NCBI GenBank assembly: GCA_038250905.1 | Contig: JBBSBV010000004.1 | Span: 66,588-130,587, forward strand | DNA from: Acidimicrobiia bacterium | GTDB taxonomy: Bacteria > Actinomycetota > Acidimicrobiia > IMCC26256 > JAENVU01 | Reading direction: 5' to 3' | DNA: 64,000 bases | Shown: piece by piece, positions 18,233 to 27,937 of the stretch | How the letters are laid out: the number at the start of each line of letters is the position of its first letter | How positions within the stretch are numbered: position 1 is the first letter of the stretch | Notes under the pieces: generated by a model | What the model was told of the DNA's origin: nothing | The model's database searches: none | The model's input: only the letters and a program-made list of their open reading frames with translations | Program-made: the position numbers and the translations under genes

Positions 18233-19993
18233 CTACCGACGGTATTGCGGGGTGCGGGCCAACCGGGTGGCGACCGTGGTGACCATGGCCCCGGGCATGG
18301 GCGCGGGGCCCGCCAGCGCGTCGAGGAAGACCGCGCCGGAGATGCGCCAGACCACGGCCTCGGTCGTCGCGACGACCGAGGCCGTCCGCGGGATCTGCTC
18401 GATGAGCCCGATCTCGCCGAACACGTCGCCCGGCTCCATCTGGTTGATCAACGTGCTGCCGGCGGCGGTCACCGCACTCAGCACGTCGAACGTCCCCGCC
18501 CGGATCACGAAGAGGTCGTCCGCCGCGTCGCCCTCGTGGATGACGGTCGCGCCGGCGGCCACGTGCTCCTCCACGCGCACTGCGGCGAGGCGTTCGAGTG
18601 CAGCTCGGGACGCGCCGACGAACATCGGGATCGTGGCCAGGACGTCGACGATCGGTGCGAGGACTTCGGCGCGGCCGGCGGCGGCGGCATCGAGAGGTCG
18701 CAGCGCCGGGAGCGCGAACGCGGCACCCACCGCGAGCACGAGTCCGAGACCGGCCAGGGTGCTGTCCAACCCGACCAGGGCGACGAGCGGGGGGACGATC
18801 GCGCCGCCGACCAGCGTGGCCGCCGCATTGACCGAGTCCGTCAGTCCGTAGACGCGACCGAGCACGTCGGGATCCACCGACCGCTGGATGAGGGTGATGG
18901 CAGACACCTCGAAGAGGATCAGCGCGATGCCTTCGACGAACGCGACCGCGAGGGCCGGCACGAGTGACCGGGGGAGTGCGAGGAGCGCCACCGACGCGCC
19001 GGTCAGGATCACGCTGCCACCGAAGAGGTTGGCGAGGTGGGCCCGGCCGACGAGGCGCGCGGTGAACGGCGCGACGATCAGACCACCGAGCCCCATCGCG
19101 GCGCCGAGGAGACCGACCCCTTGTGGCCCGGTGCCCAGGTTGTGGGCCGCGACGAGCACTTTGAGCACCTCCTCCGCGCCGTAGGCGAGGAGGGATCCGG
19201 CCAGCACCGCCGAGTAGACGGTGAGCCCGGGGGTGTTGCGGAGCGCCCGCCAGCCCACTGCGAGTTCGTCTCGCAACCCGGCGCGCCCGCGGCCTTCGTC
19301 GGCGCCGATGTCCTGCTCGGGAATGTCCTGCTCGGGGGTGTCGTGCTCCGGGTCGTCGATCCCGGTCGGGGCCGACGCCGTCCGGCCACCGCCAGCCGAA
19401 CGCACGCCGGCCACGAGGAGGCCCGACGCGAGGAAGGTGATGGCGTTGAACCCGAACGCGGCCTGGACCGAGGTGGTCTCCAGGAGGAGCGTGGCCAGCG
19501 CCGGACCGAGGAACACCGTGAGTTGGTTGACGACGGTCTCGAGCGCGTTGGCCGCGGCCAGATCGTCCTCGCCCACCACGCGCGGTGTCGACGCGACGAC
19601 GGCCGGGCGGTACACCGCGCTCATCACGTTGGCCAGGAAGGCGATCGCGGCACCGGCCAGCACCGGGCCGTCGACCGCCACGACGATGATGAGCGGGATC
19701 ATCATCACCGCGCGGCCGACGTCGAGTGCGACCATGAGCCGTCGGCGGTCGACCCGGTCGGCCACCACTCCGCCGACGGCACCGAAGAGCACGTAGGGCA
19801 CCACGCGGAGTACGAACACCGCGGCGACCCAGGTGCTCGAGCCCGTGCGCTGGAGCACCCACACGGTCAACGCGATGGAGTAACACCAGTCACCCGTCCA
19901 CGAAACGGCGTAGCTGCCGAGCAGGCGCCGGAACTCGCGATGACGCAACGCGTCACGAAAGCCGGCGTGTTGTCGCTCGTTGGTGTCGGTCAT
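18233..19993 (-). CDS. MFS transporter fused to a C-terminal cyclic-nucleotide-binding domain.
   Basis: Twelve-TM MFS core followed by a cNMP-binding domain (FGEIGLI...RTASVVA). Confidence 0.85.
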   Translation of the reverse strand: MTDTNERQHAGFRDALRHREFRRLLGSYAVSWTGDWCYSIALTVWVLQRTGSSTWVAAVFVLRVVPYVLFGAVGGVVADRVDRRRLMVALDVGRAVMMIPLIIVVAVDGPVLAGAAIAFLANVMSAVYRPAVVASTPRVVGEDDLAAANALETVVNQLTVFLGPALATLLLETTSVQAAFGFNAITFLASGLLVAGVRSAGGGRTASAPTGIDDPEHDTPEQDIPEQDIGADEGRGRAGLRDELAVGWRALRNTPGLTVYSAVLAGSLLAYGAEEVLKVLVAAHNLGTGPQGVGLLGAAMGLGGLIVAPFTARLVGRAHLANLFGGSVILTGASVALLALPRSLVPALAVAFVEGIALILFEVSAITLIQRSVDPDVLGRVYGLTDSVNAAATLVGGAIVPPLVALVGLDSTLAGLGLVLAVGAAFALPALRPLDAAAAGRAEVLAPIVDVLATIPMFVGASRAALERLAAVRVEEHVAAGATVIHEGDAADDLFVIRAGTFDVLSAVTAAGSTLINQMEPGDVFGEIGLIEQIPRTASVVATTEAVVWRISGAVFLDALAGPAPMPGAMVTTVATRLARTPQYRR

Positions 19994-20091
19994 GCCCTGC
20001 GCCCCCCGGCGGGGGATCGTAGGGCGGCCGCGACCCCACTCCGTCCGCCCTGCCTGGTCAGCCCCTGTCTCGTCAGCGACGCCGCGAGCCG

Positions 20092-20973
20092 GTGGTGGTG
20101 ACCCAGGTCGACGCGCGCCAGACTTCCGCGGTGGAGAACCTCCCCGCGCTCGACGATCGGTTCACGATCGCGGCCGAGTCCCTCGAGGGGTTCCGTCGTG
20201 ACGGTCACGTGCGCATCGACGGACTCGCGAGCGAGGCCGAAGTGGCACGGTTCCGTCCGGCCATCGAGACCACCGCCGAACGGGTCCGGTGGGACCGGCG
20301 ACCGATCGAGGAGCGCGACACCTACGGGAAGGCGTTCGTCCAGGCGGCGAACCTCTGGCAGCACGATCCGGTCGTGGCGCAGTTCACGCTGGCGCCACGG
20401 TTCGGCGCGGTGGCGGCGGCACTGCTGGGCGTCGACCGCGTTCGGATCTACCACGATCAGGCGCTCCTCAAGGAGCCTGGTGGCGGCCACACTCCCTGGC
20501 ACCAGGACCAGTACTACTGGCCGCTCGACACGCTCGACACCGTCACGATGTGGATGCCGCTCGTCGCGGTGGTCGATCCGGTCGAGGGTATGACCTTCGG
20601 GAACGGCACCCACGGGCAGGGCGATCTCGGCGGTGGCGTGATCTCGGACGATTCGGATCGACGCTTCGAGGCGCTCGTCGCGGCCCGGGCGATCGGGTTG
20701 CACACGTACCGCGGATTCCGTCCCGGCGACACGACGTTCCACCGGGGCTGGACGCTGCACCGGGCCTCCGCGAATCCGACCGAACGCGTGCGATCGGTGA
20801 TGACGGTGATCTACGTCGCCGACGGCGCCCGGGTGGCGGTGCCCGCCGGCCCGGCCCAGGAGTTCGATCGCCGACTCTGGCTCGGCGGGCAGGATCCCGG
20901 TACACCGGTGGGCGGGGACGGGAACCCGCTCATCGCTCGCACCCGGGGTGCAAACCGTCCGGATCGGACATAG
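20092..20973 (+). CDS. Phytanoyl-CoA dioxygenase (PhyH) family Fe(II)/2-oxoglutarate oxygenase.
   Basis: PhyH-type HxD...H facial triad region (WHQDQYYWPLD...). Confidence 0.8.
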   Translation: MVVTQVDARQTSAVENLPALDDRFTIAAESLEGFRRDGHVRIDGLASEAEVARFRPAIETTAERVRWDRRPIEERDTYGKAFVQAANLWQHDPVVAQFTLAPRFGAVAAALLGVDRVRIYHDQALLKEPGGGHTPWHQDQYYWPLDTLDTVTMWMPLVAVVDPVEGMTFGNGTHGQGDLGGGVISDDSDRRFEALVAARAIGLHTYRGFRPGDTTFHRGWTLHRASANPTERVRSVMTVIYVADGARVAVPAGPAQEFDRRLWLGGQDPGTPVGGDGNPLIARTRGANRPDRT

Positions 20974-21088
20974 CGGAGTCCCCAAACATGGGGATATTGC
21001 CCGCAGTGGGTTGTACGGCCCAGGACAACACAAACAGTGCAAAGTTAGTATTGCTCCTTCTTCGGGCTATCTATTTGGGAGGCGGACC

Positions 21089-24000
21089 GTGGTTTCCAGG
21101 TCCAGTCGCGTTCTCGCGCTTGTTGTGTCGATCGCGCTTGCGGCGAGCACGTTGTTGGCGATCGTGGTCGCCGGGGCGGCGCCGAACGCCGGGATACCGG
21201 CGCTGTCGCTCAACCGCGCGTACACCACCGCGCCGTTCGCCGGCACCGCCACCACGGCCAACAGCCAGGAAGGCTCGGCCTACGTGCCGGCCGACAACGC
21301 GCTGTGGCTGGTCGACACCACCCACGCGTACGAGGTGGACGCCTCGACCGACGCGTTGCGCCGCACGGTGCCGACCGCGGACTTCACCAACGCCCTGCCC
21401 GTGGGTGGCGTCGGCGCGCTGGCGGGCACGACCCGTTCCGACTCGTTCGCCGCCGTGTCCTACGACCCGACCACCGACGTGCTGTACGTGTTCTCGCGTA
21501 ACTGCTGTACCGCGACCGGCCTCGACCCGACCGCGTTCCGCATGACCCGCGATGCCGGCGGCCACTTCCAGGTCGAGTCGTACCAGTCGCTCGCAGCCGG
21601 CACCGACCCGAAGGGCGCCGGCTATCGCGCCGGAGTCGGGAACTACATCGGCAAGGGCAAGGTGATCACCCCGTACAACTACGACACCAACACCCTCGGC
21701 GCCCCGATCACGATCTCCGGTATCGATGCCGCGATCGGCGGTATGACGTTCTCGCCCGACGGCAGTGAGCTCTACGTCGTGACCTTCGTGGCCGCGGTCG
21801 ACCCCACCCCCGCGAGCGTCAAGCTCTACAAGGTCGACACCGCGACGTGGAAGCCCGTCCCCAACTGGAGTCTGGACCTCGCGCCATTCGGTGTGCTCGA
21901 CCCGCGCGCCGTCGAGTTGGTCGGCGACCAGATCTACATCTCCGACGGCGGTACCCGCGCCGCGGGTGACCCGCTCCGTCGGGCCGTGTTCGTGTTCGAC
22001 GTGCTCGACCTGAGCGTGCAGCCGACGGCATCGTTCACCGCGACGCCCGTGAGCGGTTCCGCGCCGCTCCCGGTGCAGTTCACCGACACGAGCCAGGGTG
22101 GCCCGACGAGTTGGGCCTGGGACTTCGGCGACGGCGCCACGTCCACGCTCACGAACCCGGCCCACACGTATGCGAACCCGGGCACCTACACGGTGAAGGT
22201 GACCGTGGCGAACACGAAGGGCAACGACACGTCGACCCAGACGGATCTCGTCACGGTCGCCGACCAGGCGCCGATCGCCGGGTTCACCGCTGCGAACACC
22301 ACGGGCCAGAACCCGCTCTCGGTCGACTTCACCGACACGAGCACCAACCACCCGACCTCGTGGGCCTGGGACTTCGGTGACGGTGTGACCTCGCCGGCGC
22401 AGAACCCTTCGCACACGTACGCCTCGGCCGGCAACTTCGCCGTCTCGCTCACCGTGACGAACACCGGTGGTACGAACACCCGCGTGCGTTCCGACCTCGT
22501 CCACGTGAGCAACGCTCCGGTCACCGTCACGGCCGCGGCCGACACCTACGTCCGGTCCGACGCCAGCAACTCGAACTTCGGCACCCAGACCACCATCCAG
22601 GGCCGGAGGCAGGGCAACACCACGTACCAGCCCTACGTGCGGTTCACCGTCCCCGCGCTCCCGGCCACGCCGTCGAGTACCAAGCTCCGTCTGTTCGTCA
22701 CCGACGCGAGCACCGCGACAGGGACGCTCTTCGCCACCGCGAACGCGACGTGGTCGGAGACGACCACGAACTGGAACAACCGGCCTGCCACCACGGGCGC
22801 TCAGCTCGGGGCCTCCAAAGCGGCGACGCTCGGCCAGTGGGTGGAGTTCGACGTCTCGTCGCTCGTCACCGGTGCCGGAAGCTACGGCTTCACCCTCACC
22901 AACGGGGTCAACGACACGGTGGCGTTCTCGAGCCGCGAGGGTGCCAACCCGCCCCAGCTCGTGTTCAGCTTCCCCAGCAACTCGTCGACCTCGACGCTGC
23001 CGAACCCGCCGCACGTCGGCCTGCGTTTGAACCACCAGTTCTCCACGTCGCCGTTCCCGGGCACCGCCACCGCGTCCGGCGGTCAGGGTGGATCGGCCTA
23101 CGTGGCTGCGGACAACGCGCTCTGGCTCGTGGACGGCACCAAGGTCTACGAGACCGACGCCACCACCAACGCCCTCCGGCGGGTCGTCCCCACCGCCGAC
23201 TTCACCAACGCACTGCCCGTCGGCGGTGCTGGGGCTCCGGCCGGGACCTCGCGCAGCGACTCGCTCGCCGCGCTGGCCTACGACCCCACCGGCGACGTGA
23301 TGTACGCGTTCTCCCGGAACTGCTGCACCGCGACGGGGCTCGACCCGAGCGTCTTCCGCCTCGTGCGTGACGGCTCCGGCAAGTTCCAGGTCGAGTCGTA
23401 CCAGTCCCTCCCGGCCGGCACCGACCCGGTTGCGGCGGGCGTACGGCCCGGCGTCGGGCTGTTCTTCGGGAAGGGCCAGACGATCCTCCCGTACGACTAC
23501 GCCAACAACACGATCGGTACCGGCATCGTCATCCCGGGCGTCGACACCGCGATCAGCGGTATGGCGTTCACCCCTGACGGCAAGGACCTGCTCGTCACGA
23601 GTCACCTCAACGTGCTGTACCGCGTGAGCACCGCCACGTGGACCGTGGTCCCCGGCTGGTCGTTCGACCTCACGCCGTACGGATTCGTCGATCCCCGAGG
23701 AGTCGCACTGGTCGGGGACCAGATCGTCGTCTCGGACGGTGGTCTCCGCCCCGTCGGCGACCCACTGCGCTACGCGGTCTTCGTCTTCGATCTCGTCGAC
23801 GGCACCGGGGCACCGGTCGCCTCCTTCACCGCATCGCCGGTGGCTGGGGTCGCACCGCTCCTGACCACGTTCATCGACCGCAGCTCCGGTGTCCCGACCT
23901 CCTGGGTCTGGAACTTCGGCGACGGGTCGACCTCCACCGAGGCCCGCCCGACGCACACCTACAGCTTCGCCGGCCTCTACGACGTGACGCTCACGGTGAC

Positions 24001-26350
24001 GAACGCGCAGGGCACCGCGACGACGACCCAAGCGGGCCTGATCAACGTCGCCGTGAACCCGCCGCTCCTCAACGCCAAGTTCACGAGTACCGCAACCAGC
24101 GGCGCATCGCCGCTGCCGGTCCAGTTCACCGACGCGAGTGTCGGTGGGGTCACCGGTTGGGCGTGGGACTTCGGCGACGGAACGACGTCGACCGACCAGA
24201 ACCCGCTGCACGTCTACACCGCCAACGGCAAATACACGGTGAAGCTCACCGTGACCAGCCCCAGTGGCACGAACACCCGCATCCGTACCGACGATGTGAC
24301 GGTATCGACCCAGCCGACCACGGTCACCCCCGTGGCCGACAGCTACGTGCGGTCGAACGCAGCAACCTCCAACTTCGGCACTGCGACGACGATCGAGGGC
24401 TCCAGCACCGGGAACGGCCGTAGAGCCGTCAACTTCCAGCCGTACCTGCGGTTCTCGGTCGGCGCGCTGCCCGCGACGCCGACCAGCGCCAAGCTGCGGC
24501 TCTTCGTCACCGATGCGAGTGCGACGAGCGGGAACCTGTTCCGCACGTCGACCACGTGGACCGAGACCGGTCTGACGTGGAACAACAAGCCGGCGACGAC
24601 CGGAGCGTCGATCGGTGCCAGTCGCGCCGCAACGCTCGGGCAGTGGGTCGAGTTCGACGTGTCGTCGACGGTGACCGGCGCCGGTCAGTACGGATTCACG
24701 CTCACCAACCTGGCTGCCGACGCCGTCGCCTACTCGAGTCGAGAGGGAACCAACCCGCCGGAACTGGTGCTGTCCTACGGATCGGCGCCGACCGGCGCGT
24801 TGCCGATGCCGGCTTCACCCGGCCTCGCGCTGAGCCGTTCGTTCACGACCGTTCCGTTCTCCGGTACCAGTCCGGCAGTCCGCGCCTTCGACCTCGAGGG
24901 TTCGGCCTACGTCGCCAAGGACGACGCCCTCTGGCTGTCCGACGACAACGGTGACCGGGTGTTCGAGGTGGACGCCACCACGAGCACGCTGCGCCGTGCA
25001 CTCCAGCGGTCGGAGTTCTCCAACGCGCTGCCGCCCGGCGGGGTCGGGAACCCTGCGGGGCCGTCACGCTCGGACGACTTCGAGTCGGTTGCCTACGACG
25101 CCACCAACGACACCCTGTACCAGTTCTCGGGCAACTGCTGCTCGAGCACCCCGGGGACCACCCAGCCGCCGTACGACCCGACGATCTACCGCCTGAAGCG
25201 TGACGCGGCAGGACGGTTCCAGGTCGAGTCGTACCAGGCCCTGCCTGAAGGGACCGACCCGACCGGCTCCGGTTGGCGTCCCGGCGTGGGCCTCTTCTTC
25301 GCCCACGGCGGCATCATCACCAGCTACAACTACGACACCAACACCCTCGGCACGCCGGTCACGGTCGCCGGAACGGTCCCGGGTGGCATCACAGGTATGA
25401 CGTACTCGCCCGACGGCAAGTACATCATCGGCGTCACCACGACCCAGCGCCTGATCCTCGTGGATGCGGCGACGTTCACGATGGTGCCCGGGTGGAACAT
25501 CGACCTCCGCCCGTTCGGGATCCTTGATTCCCGTGCGGTCGAGTACATCGACGGTCAGCTCTTCGTCTCGGACGGTTACGACTTCCGGGCGGCCGGCGAT
25601 CCGCTCATGTACGCGGTCTTCGTCTTCGACATCGTCAACGGTCCGCCGCAGGCGACGTTCACCGCAACGCCGGCGTCGGGTCCGGCGCCGCTCGCGGTGC
25701 AGTTCGCCGACACCACGTTCGGCCCGGTCACCAGTCGGGTCTGGAACTTCGGTGACGGCAGCCCGACGTCGACGGTCGCCAACCCGTCGCACACGTACGC
25801 CGCCCTCGGCCAGTACACGGCCTCGCTGACGGTCACGAACGCGAACGGCAGCAACACCGCGACCCAGCTCGTCAAGGTGGTCACTGCGCCGGTGACGGTG
25901 ACCGCGGTCGCCGACACCTACGCCCGTTCGAACCAGCCGAACAACAACTTCGGGAGCGCACCGACGATCCAGGGCTGGAGTTCGTTCGGGACCGTGTACC
26001 AACCGTTCGTCCGGTTCTCGGTCGGCTCGTTGCCAGCGACGCCGGTATCGGCGAAGCTGCGGCTCTTCGCCACCGACGCGGGCGCCACGACCGGCGGTGT
26101 GTACGCCACCGCCAACGCGACGTGGTCGGAGTCGACCCTGACGTGGAACAACCGGCCGGCCACGAGCGGTGCCCAGATCGCCCCCTCCGGGAGTGCACCG
26201 CTCAACGCGTGGGTCGAGTTCGACGTCTCACCGGTGGTCACCGGTCCGGGTCAGTACAGCTTCACGCTGACCGGCGCGGGGGCCGACCTCGTCCAGTTCT
26301 CGAGTCGCCAGGGTGCCAACCCGCCGCAACTCGTCATCAACTTCGGCTGA
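21089..26350 (+). CDS. Giant secreted modular protein (about 1750 aa): three tandem modules of a propeller-like domain, PKD domains (5 total) and a DNRLRE-type putative carbohydrate-binding domain.
   Basis: GTG start with a GGGAGG RBS, then a signal peptide (VVSRSSRVLALVVSIALAASTLLA). Five WxFGDG...HTY PKD repeats. Three YVRS...KLRLF(V/A)TDA...TWxExxxTWNNRPA blocks typical of the DNRLRE domain. Three N-terminal domains with SRNCCTATGLDP and FQVESYQ(S/A)L motifs. Confidence 0.8.
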   Translation: MVSRSSRVLALVVSIALAASTLLAIVVAGAAPNAGIPALSLNRAYTTAPFAGTATTANSQEGSAYVPADNALWLVDTTHAYEVDASTDALRRTVPTADFTNALPVGGVGALAGTTRSDSFAAVSYDPTTDVLYVFSRNCCTATGLDPTAFRMTRDAGGHFQVESYQSLAAGTDPKGAGYRAGVGNYIGKGKVITPYNYDTNTLGAPITISGIDAAIGGMTFSPDGSELYVVTFVAAVDPTPASVKLYKVDTATWKPVPNWSLDLAPFGVLDPRAVELVGDQIYISDGGTRAAGDPLRRAVFVFDVLDLSVQPTASFTATPVSGSAPLPVQFTDTSQGGPTSWAWDFGDGATSTLTNPAHTYANPGTYTVKVTVANTKGNDTSTQTDLVTVADQAPIAGFTAANTTGQNPLSVDFTDTSTNHPTSWAWDFGDGVTSPAQNPSHTYASAGNFAVSLTVTNTGGTNTRVRSDLVHVSNAPVTVTAAADTYVRSDASNSNFGTQTTIQGRRQGNTTYQPYVRFTVPALPATPSSTKLRLFVTDASTATGTLFATANATWSETTTNWNNRPATTGAQLGASKAATLGQWVEFDVSSLVTGAGSYGFTLTNGVNDTVAFSSREGANPPQLVFSFPSNSSTSTLPNPPHVGLRLNHQFSTSPFPGTATASGGQGGSAYVAADNALWLVDGTKVYETDATTNALRRVVPTADFTNALPVGGAGAPAGTSRSDSLAALAYDPTGDVMYAFSRNCCTATGLDPSVFRLVRDGSGKFQVESYQSLPAGTDPVAAGVRPGVGLFFGKGQTILPYDYANNTIGTGIVIPGVDTAISGMAFTPDGKDLLVTSHLNVLYRVSTATWTVVPGWSFDLTPYGFVDPRGVALVGDQIVVSDGGLRPVGDPLRYAVFVFDLVDGTGAPVASFTASPVAGVAPLLTTFIDRSSGVPTSWVWNFGDGSTSTEARPTHTYSFAGLYDVTLTVTNAQGTATTTQAGLINVAVNPPLLNAKFTSTATSGASPLPVQFTDASVGGVTGWAWDFGDGTTSTDQNPLHVYTANGKYTVKLTVTSPSGTNTRIRTDDVTVSTQPTTVTPVADSYVRSNAATSNFGTATTIEGSSTGNGRRAVNFQPYLRFSVGALPATPTSAKLRLFVTDASATSGNLFRTSTTWTETGLTWNNKPATTGASIGASRAATLGQWVEFDVSSTVTGAGQYGFTLTNLAADAVAYSSREGTNPPELVLSYGSAPTGALPMPASPGLALSRSFTTVPFSGTSPAVRAFDLEGSAYVAKDDALWLSDDNGDRVFEVDATTSTLRRALQRSEFSNALPPGGVGNPAGPSRSDDFESVAYDATNDTLYQFSGNCCSSTPGTTQPPYDPTIYRLKRDAAGRFQVESYQALPEGTDPTGSGWRPGVGLFFAHGGIITSYNYDTNTLGTPVTVAGTVPGGITGMTYSPDGKYIIGVTTTQRLILVDAATFTMVPGWNIDLRPFGILDSRAVEYIDGQLFVSDGYDFRAAGDPLMYAVFVFDIVNGPPQATFTATPASGPAPLAVQFADTTFGPVTSRVWNFGDGSPTSTVANPSHTYAALGQYTASLTVTNANGSNTATQLVKVVTAPVTVTAVADTYARSNQPNNNFGSAPTIQGWSSFGTVYQPFVRFSVGSLPATPVSAKLRLFATDAGATTGGVYATANATWSESTLTWNNRPATSGAQIAPSGSAPLNAWVEFDVSPVVTGPGQYSFTLTGAGADLVQFSSRQGANPPQLVINFG

Positions 26351-26375
26351 CCGCACCGCGTGATCCGATGAGGGT

Positions 26376-26391
26376 CCGGCCGCGAGGCCGG
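26376..26391 (+). terminator. Small hairpin CCGGCC-GCGA-GGCCGG (GNRA loop) 26 nt after the giant gene stop; weak terminator candidate.
   Basis: Only a 6-bp stem and no U-tract. Confidence 0.2.
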
Positions 26392-26431
26392 GCCTTCATC
26401 GCGTCCGGCCGCGGGCGCGTACGATGCGCGC

Positions 26432-27010
26432 ATGGCGAGTCCAACGTTCCCGATCACCGGCGACGCCGAGGCCGATCAGCTGCTCGTCGACGAGCCGCTC
26501 GCGCTGGTACTCGGAATGCTGCTCGACCAGCAGGTGCCGATGGAGTGGGCGTTCAAGGGCCCCGCCACGCTGAAGCGGCGGCTCGGGGCGCTCGACGCCG
26601 CGGCGATGGCCGAGATGACCCCGGACGCGATCGACGAGGTCTTCCGCGAGAAGCCGGCGGTCCACCGCTTCCCGTCGGCGATGGCCAAGCGTGCCCACGC
26701 ACTGTGTCAGCACCTGGTGGACGAGTACGACGGCGACGCGGCGAACATCTGGCGCGGGGTGACCGATCCCTCCGAGCTCTTCGACCGCATCCGGGCCCTC
26801 CCCGGCTACGGCGACGAGAAGGCCAAGATCTTCCTCGCGATCCTCGGGAAGCGACTCGGTGTGGCACCGGTCGGGTGGGAGCAGTACGCCGGACCCTTCG
26901 GTGACCCCACCCCGCGATCGGTGGCCGATATCGACTCCCGCGAGGCCTTCGCCCGGGTCCGGGCGTGGAAGAAGCAACAGAAGGCCCTGGGCAAGAAGAA
27001 GTCCGAATAG
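26432..27010 (+). CDS. HhH-GPD family base-excision DNA repair protein.
   Basis: Helix-hairpin-helix with a Gly/Pro-rich loop (LPGYGDEKAKIFL) and a conserved catalytic Asp region, 192 aa. Confidence 0.65.
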   Translation: MASPTFPITGDAEADQLLVDEPLALVLGMLLDQQVPMEWAFKGPATLKRRLGALDAAAMAEMTPDAIDEVFREKPAVHRFPSAMAKRAHALCQHLVDEYDGDAANIWRGVTDPSELFDRIRALPGYGDEKAKIFLAILGKRLGVAPVGWEQYAGPFGDPTPRSVADIDSREAFARVRAWKKQQKALGKKKSE

Positions 27011-27013
27011 CCG

Positions 27014-27033
27014 ACTGCACACAGCGTGCAACT
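27014..27033. promoter_or_regulatory. TGCAC-ACAGC-GTGCAA palindrome about 45 nt upstream of the lipoprotein gene at 27074 (site 3 of the TTGCAC-N5-GTGCAA motif).
   Basis: Same half-sites and 5-nt spacer as sites 1 and 2. Confidence 0.4.
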
Positions 27034-27073
27034 TTCGGTAGGGTGACGGGACTTGCCGAGTTGGGGGTTCCCT

Positions 27074-27937
27074 GTGCGTGTGTCTCGTTCGTTGTCGTCC
27101 GCAGTCGTCGGACTGGCGGTCGTCGTGGGCCTTGCCGCCTGCGGCAGCAGCAGTTCCAAGGGTGCGGCATCGACCAGCCCCTCCACGTCCGGCGGCATGT
27201 CCGCGCAGGAGATGCTGTGTATGTCCCAGCACTACCGCCAGGACAACCCGAGCAAGTGCAAGACCAGCGCGGCGGACACCGGGCCGGCCTACACGCTCGC
27301 CAACCCGCTGAAGACCGAGCCCGACGGCACCGTCGACCCGACGTCGGTGAACCTCTCCGGAGTCAAGGGCGTGACGCCGGAGCAGCAGAAGCTCGCGACC
27401 AACCTGCTCGTCTCCACCATCAAGACGCTCCCGAAGTGGGACGACATCAACCAGGCGAAGGCCGACGGCTTCCAGTCGATCGGTGACGGCCTCACCGGTG
27501 AGGAGCACCTCCTGCACTGGGACTGGATCAACGACAACACGATCTTCGATCCGAACCACCCGGAGTCGCTCGTCTACAAGGTCGACCGCGCCACCGGGAC
27601 CAAGACGCTCGAAGCCGCGATGTACATCCTCCCGAAGCAGTACACGTTCGACAACCCGCCGCCGATCAACAGCCCACTCGTGCAGTTCCACTACCACGAC
27701 AACCTGTGCTTCACGGCGGCGACGGCCACCGACGGCCCGATGGTGCGTGGGCTCACGGATGCGCAAGGCAACTGCCCGCCCGGGCTCACGAAGTTCGACC
27801 CGAACATCCAGGTGCACGTGTGGATCCGGCCGAACGACTGCGGTCCGTTCGCGGCGCTTCTCGGTGTGGGTGCCGGGCAGATCAAGGACGGCGCGACGCG
27901 CTCCTGCGTCCACAGCCACACCCGCCTCGGGTTGTAA
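27074..27937 (+). CDS. Hypothetical lipoprotein (secreted, Cys-rich).
   Basis: GTG start with a GGGGG RBS and a lipobox (LAAC). Mature protein carries several Cys pairs; no recognisable family. Confidence 0.55.
   Translation: MRVSRSLSSAVVGLAVVVGLAACGSSSSKGAASTSPSTSGGMSAQEMLCMSQHYRQDNPSKCKTSAADTGPAYTLANPLKTEPDGTVDPTSVNLSGVKGVTPEQQKLATNLLVSTIKTLPKWDDINQAKADGFQSIGDGLTGEEHLLHWDWINDNTIFDPNHPESLVYKVDRATGTKTLEAAMYILPKQYTFDNPPPINSPLVQFHYHDNLCFTAATATDGPMVRGLTDAQGNCPPGLTKFDPNIQVHVWIRPNDCGPFAALLGVGAGQIKDGATRSCVHSHTRLGL

Noticed and set aside
18186-19886. 5' 567 aa of the 815-aa ORF 17439..19886.
   Set aside because: It overlaps the MFS-cNMP gene in a different frame with R/G-rich composition. The GAF gene proper starts at the GTG at 18185.
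20974-21010. Small hairpin CCCCA-AACA-TGGGG right after the PhyH stop, as a terminator.
   Set aside because: Only 5 bp, no U-tract, and it sits inside the AT-rich promoter region of the giant gene; too weak to call.
21071-24211. 1046-aa minus-strand ORF opposite the giant modular gene.
   Set aside because: R/G/D-rich antisense artefact of a long repetitive high-GC coding region. The sense strand has a signal peptide, PKD and DNRLRE domains and a strong RBS.
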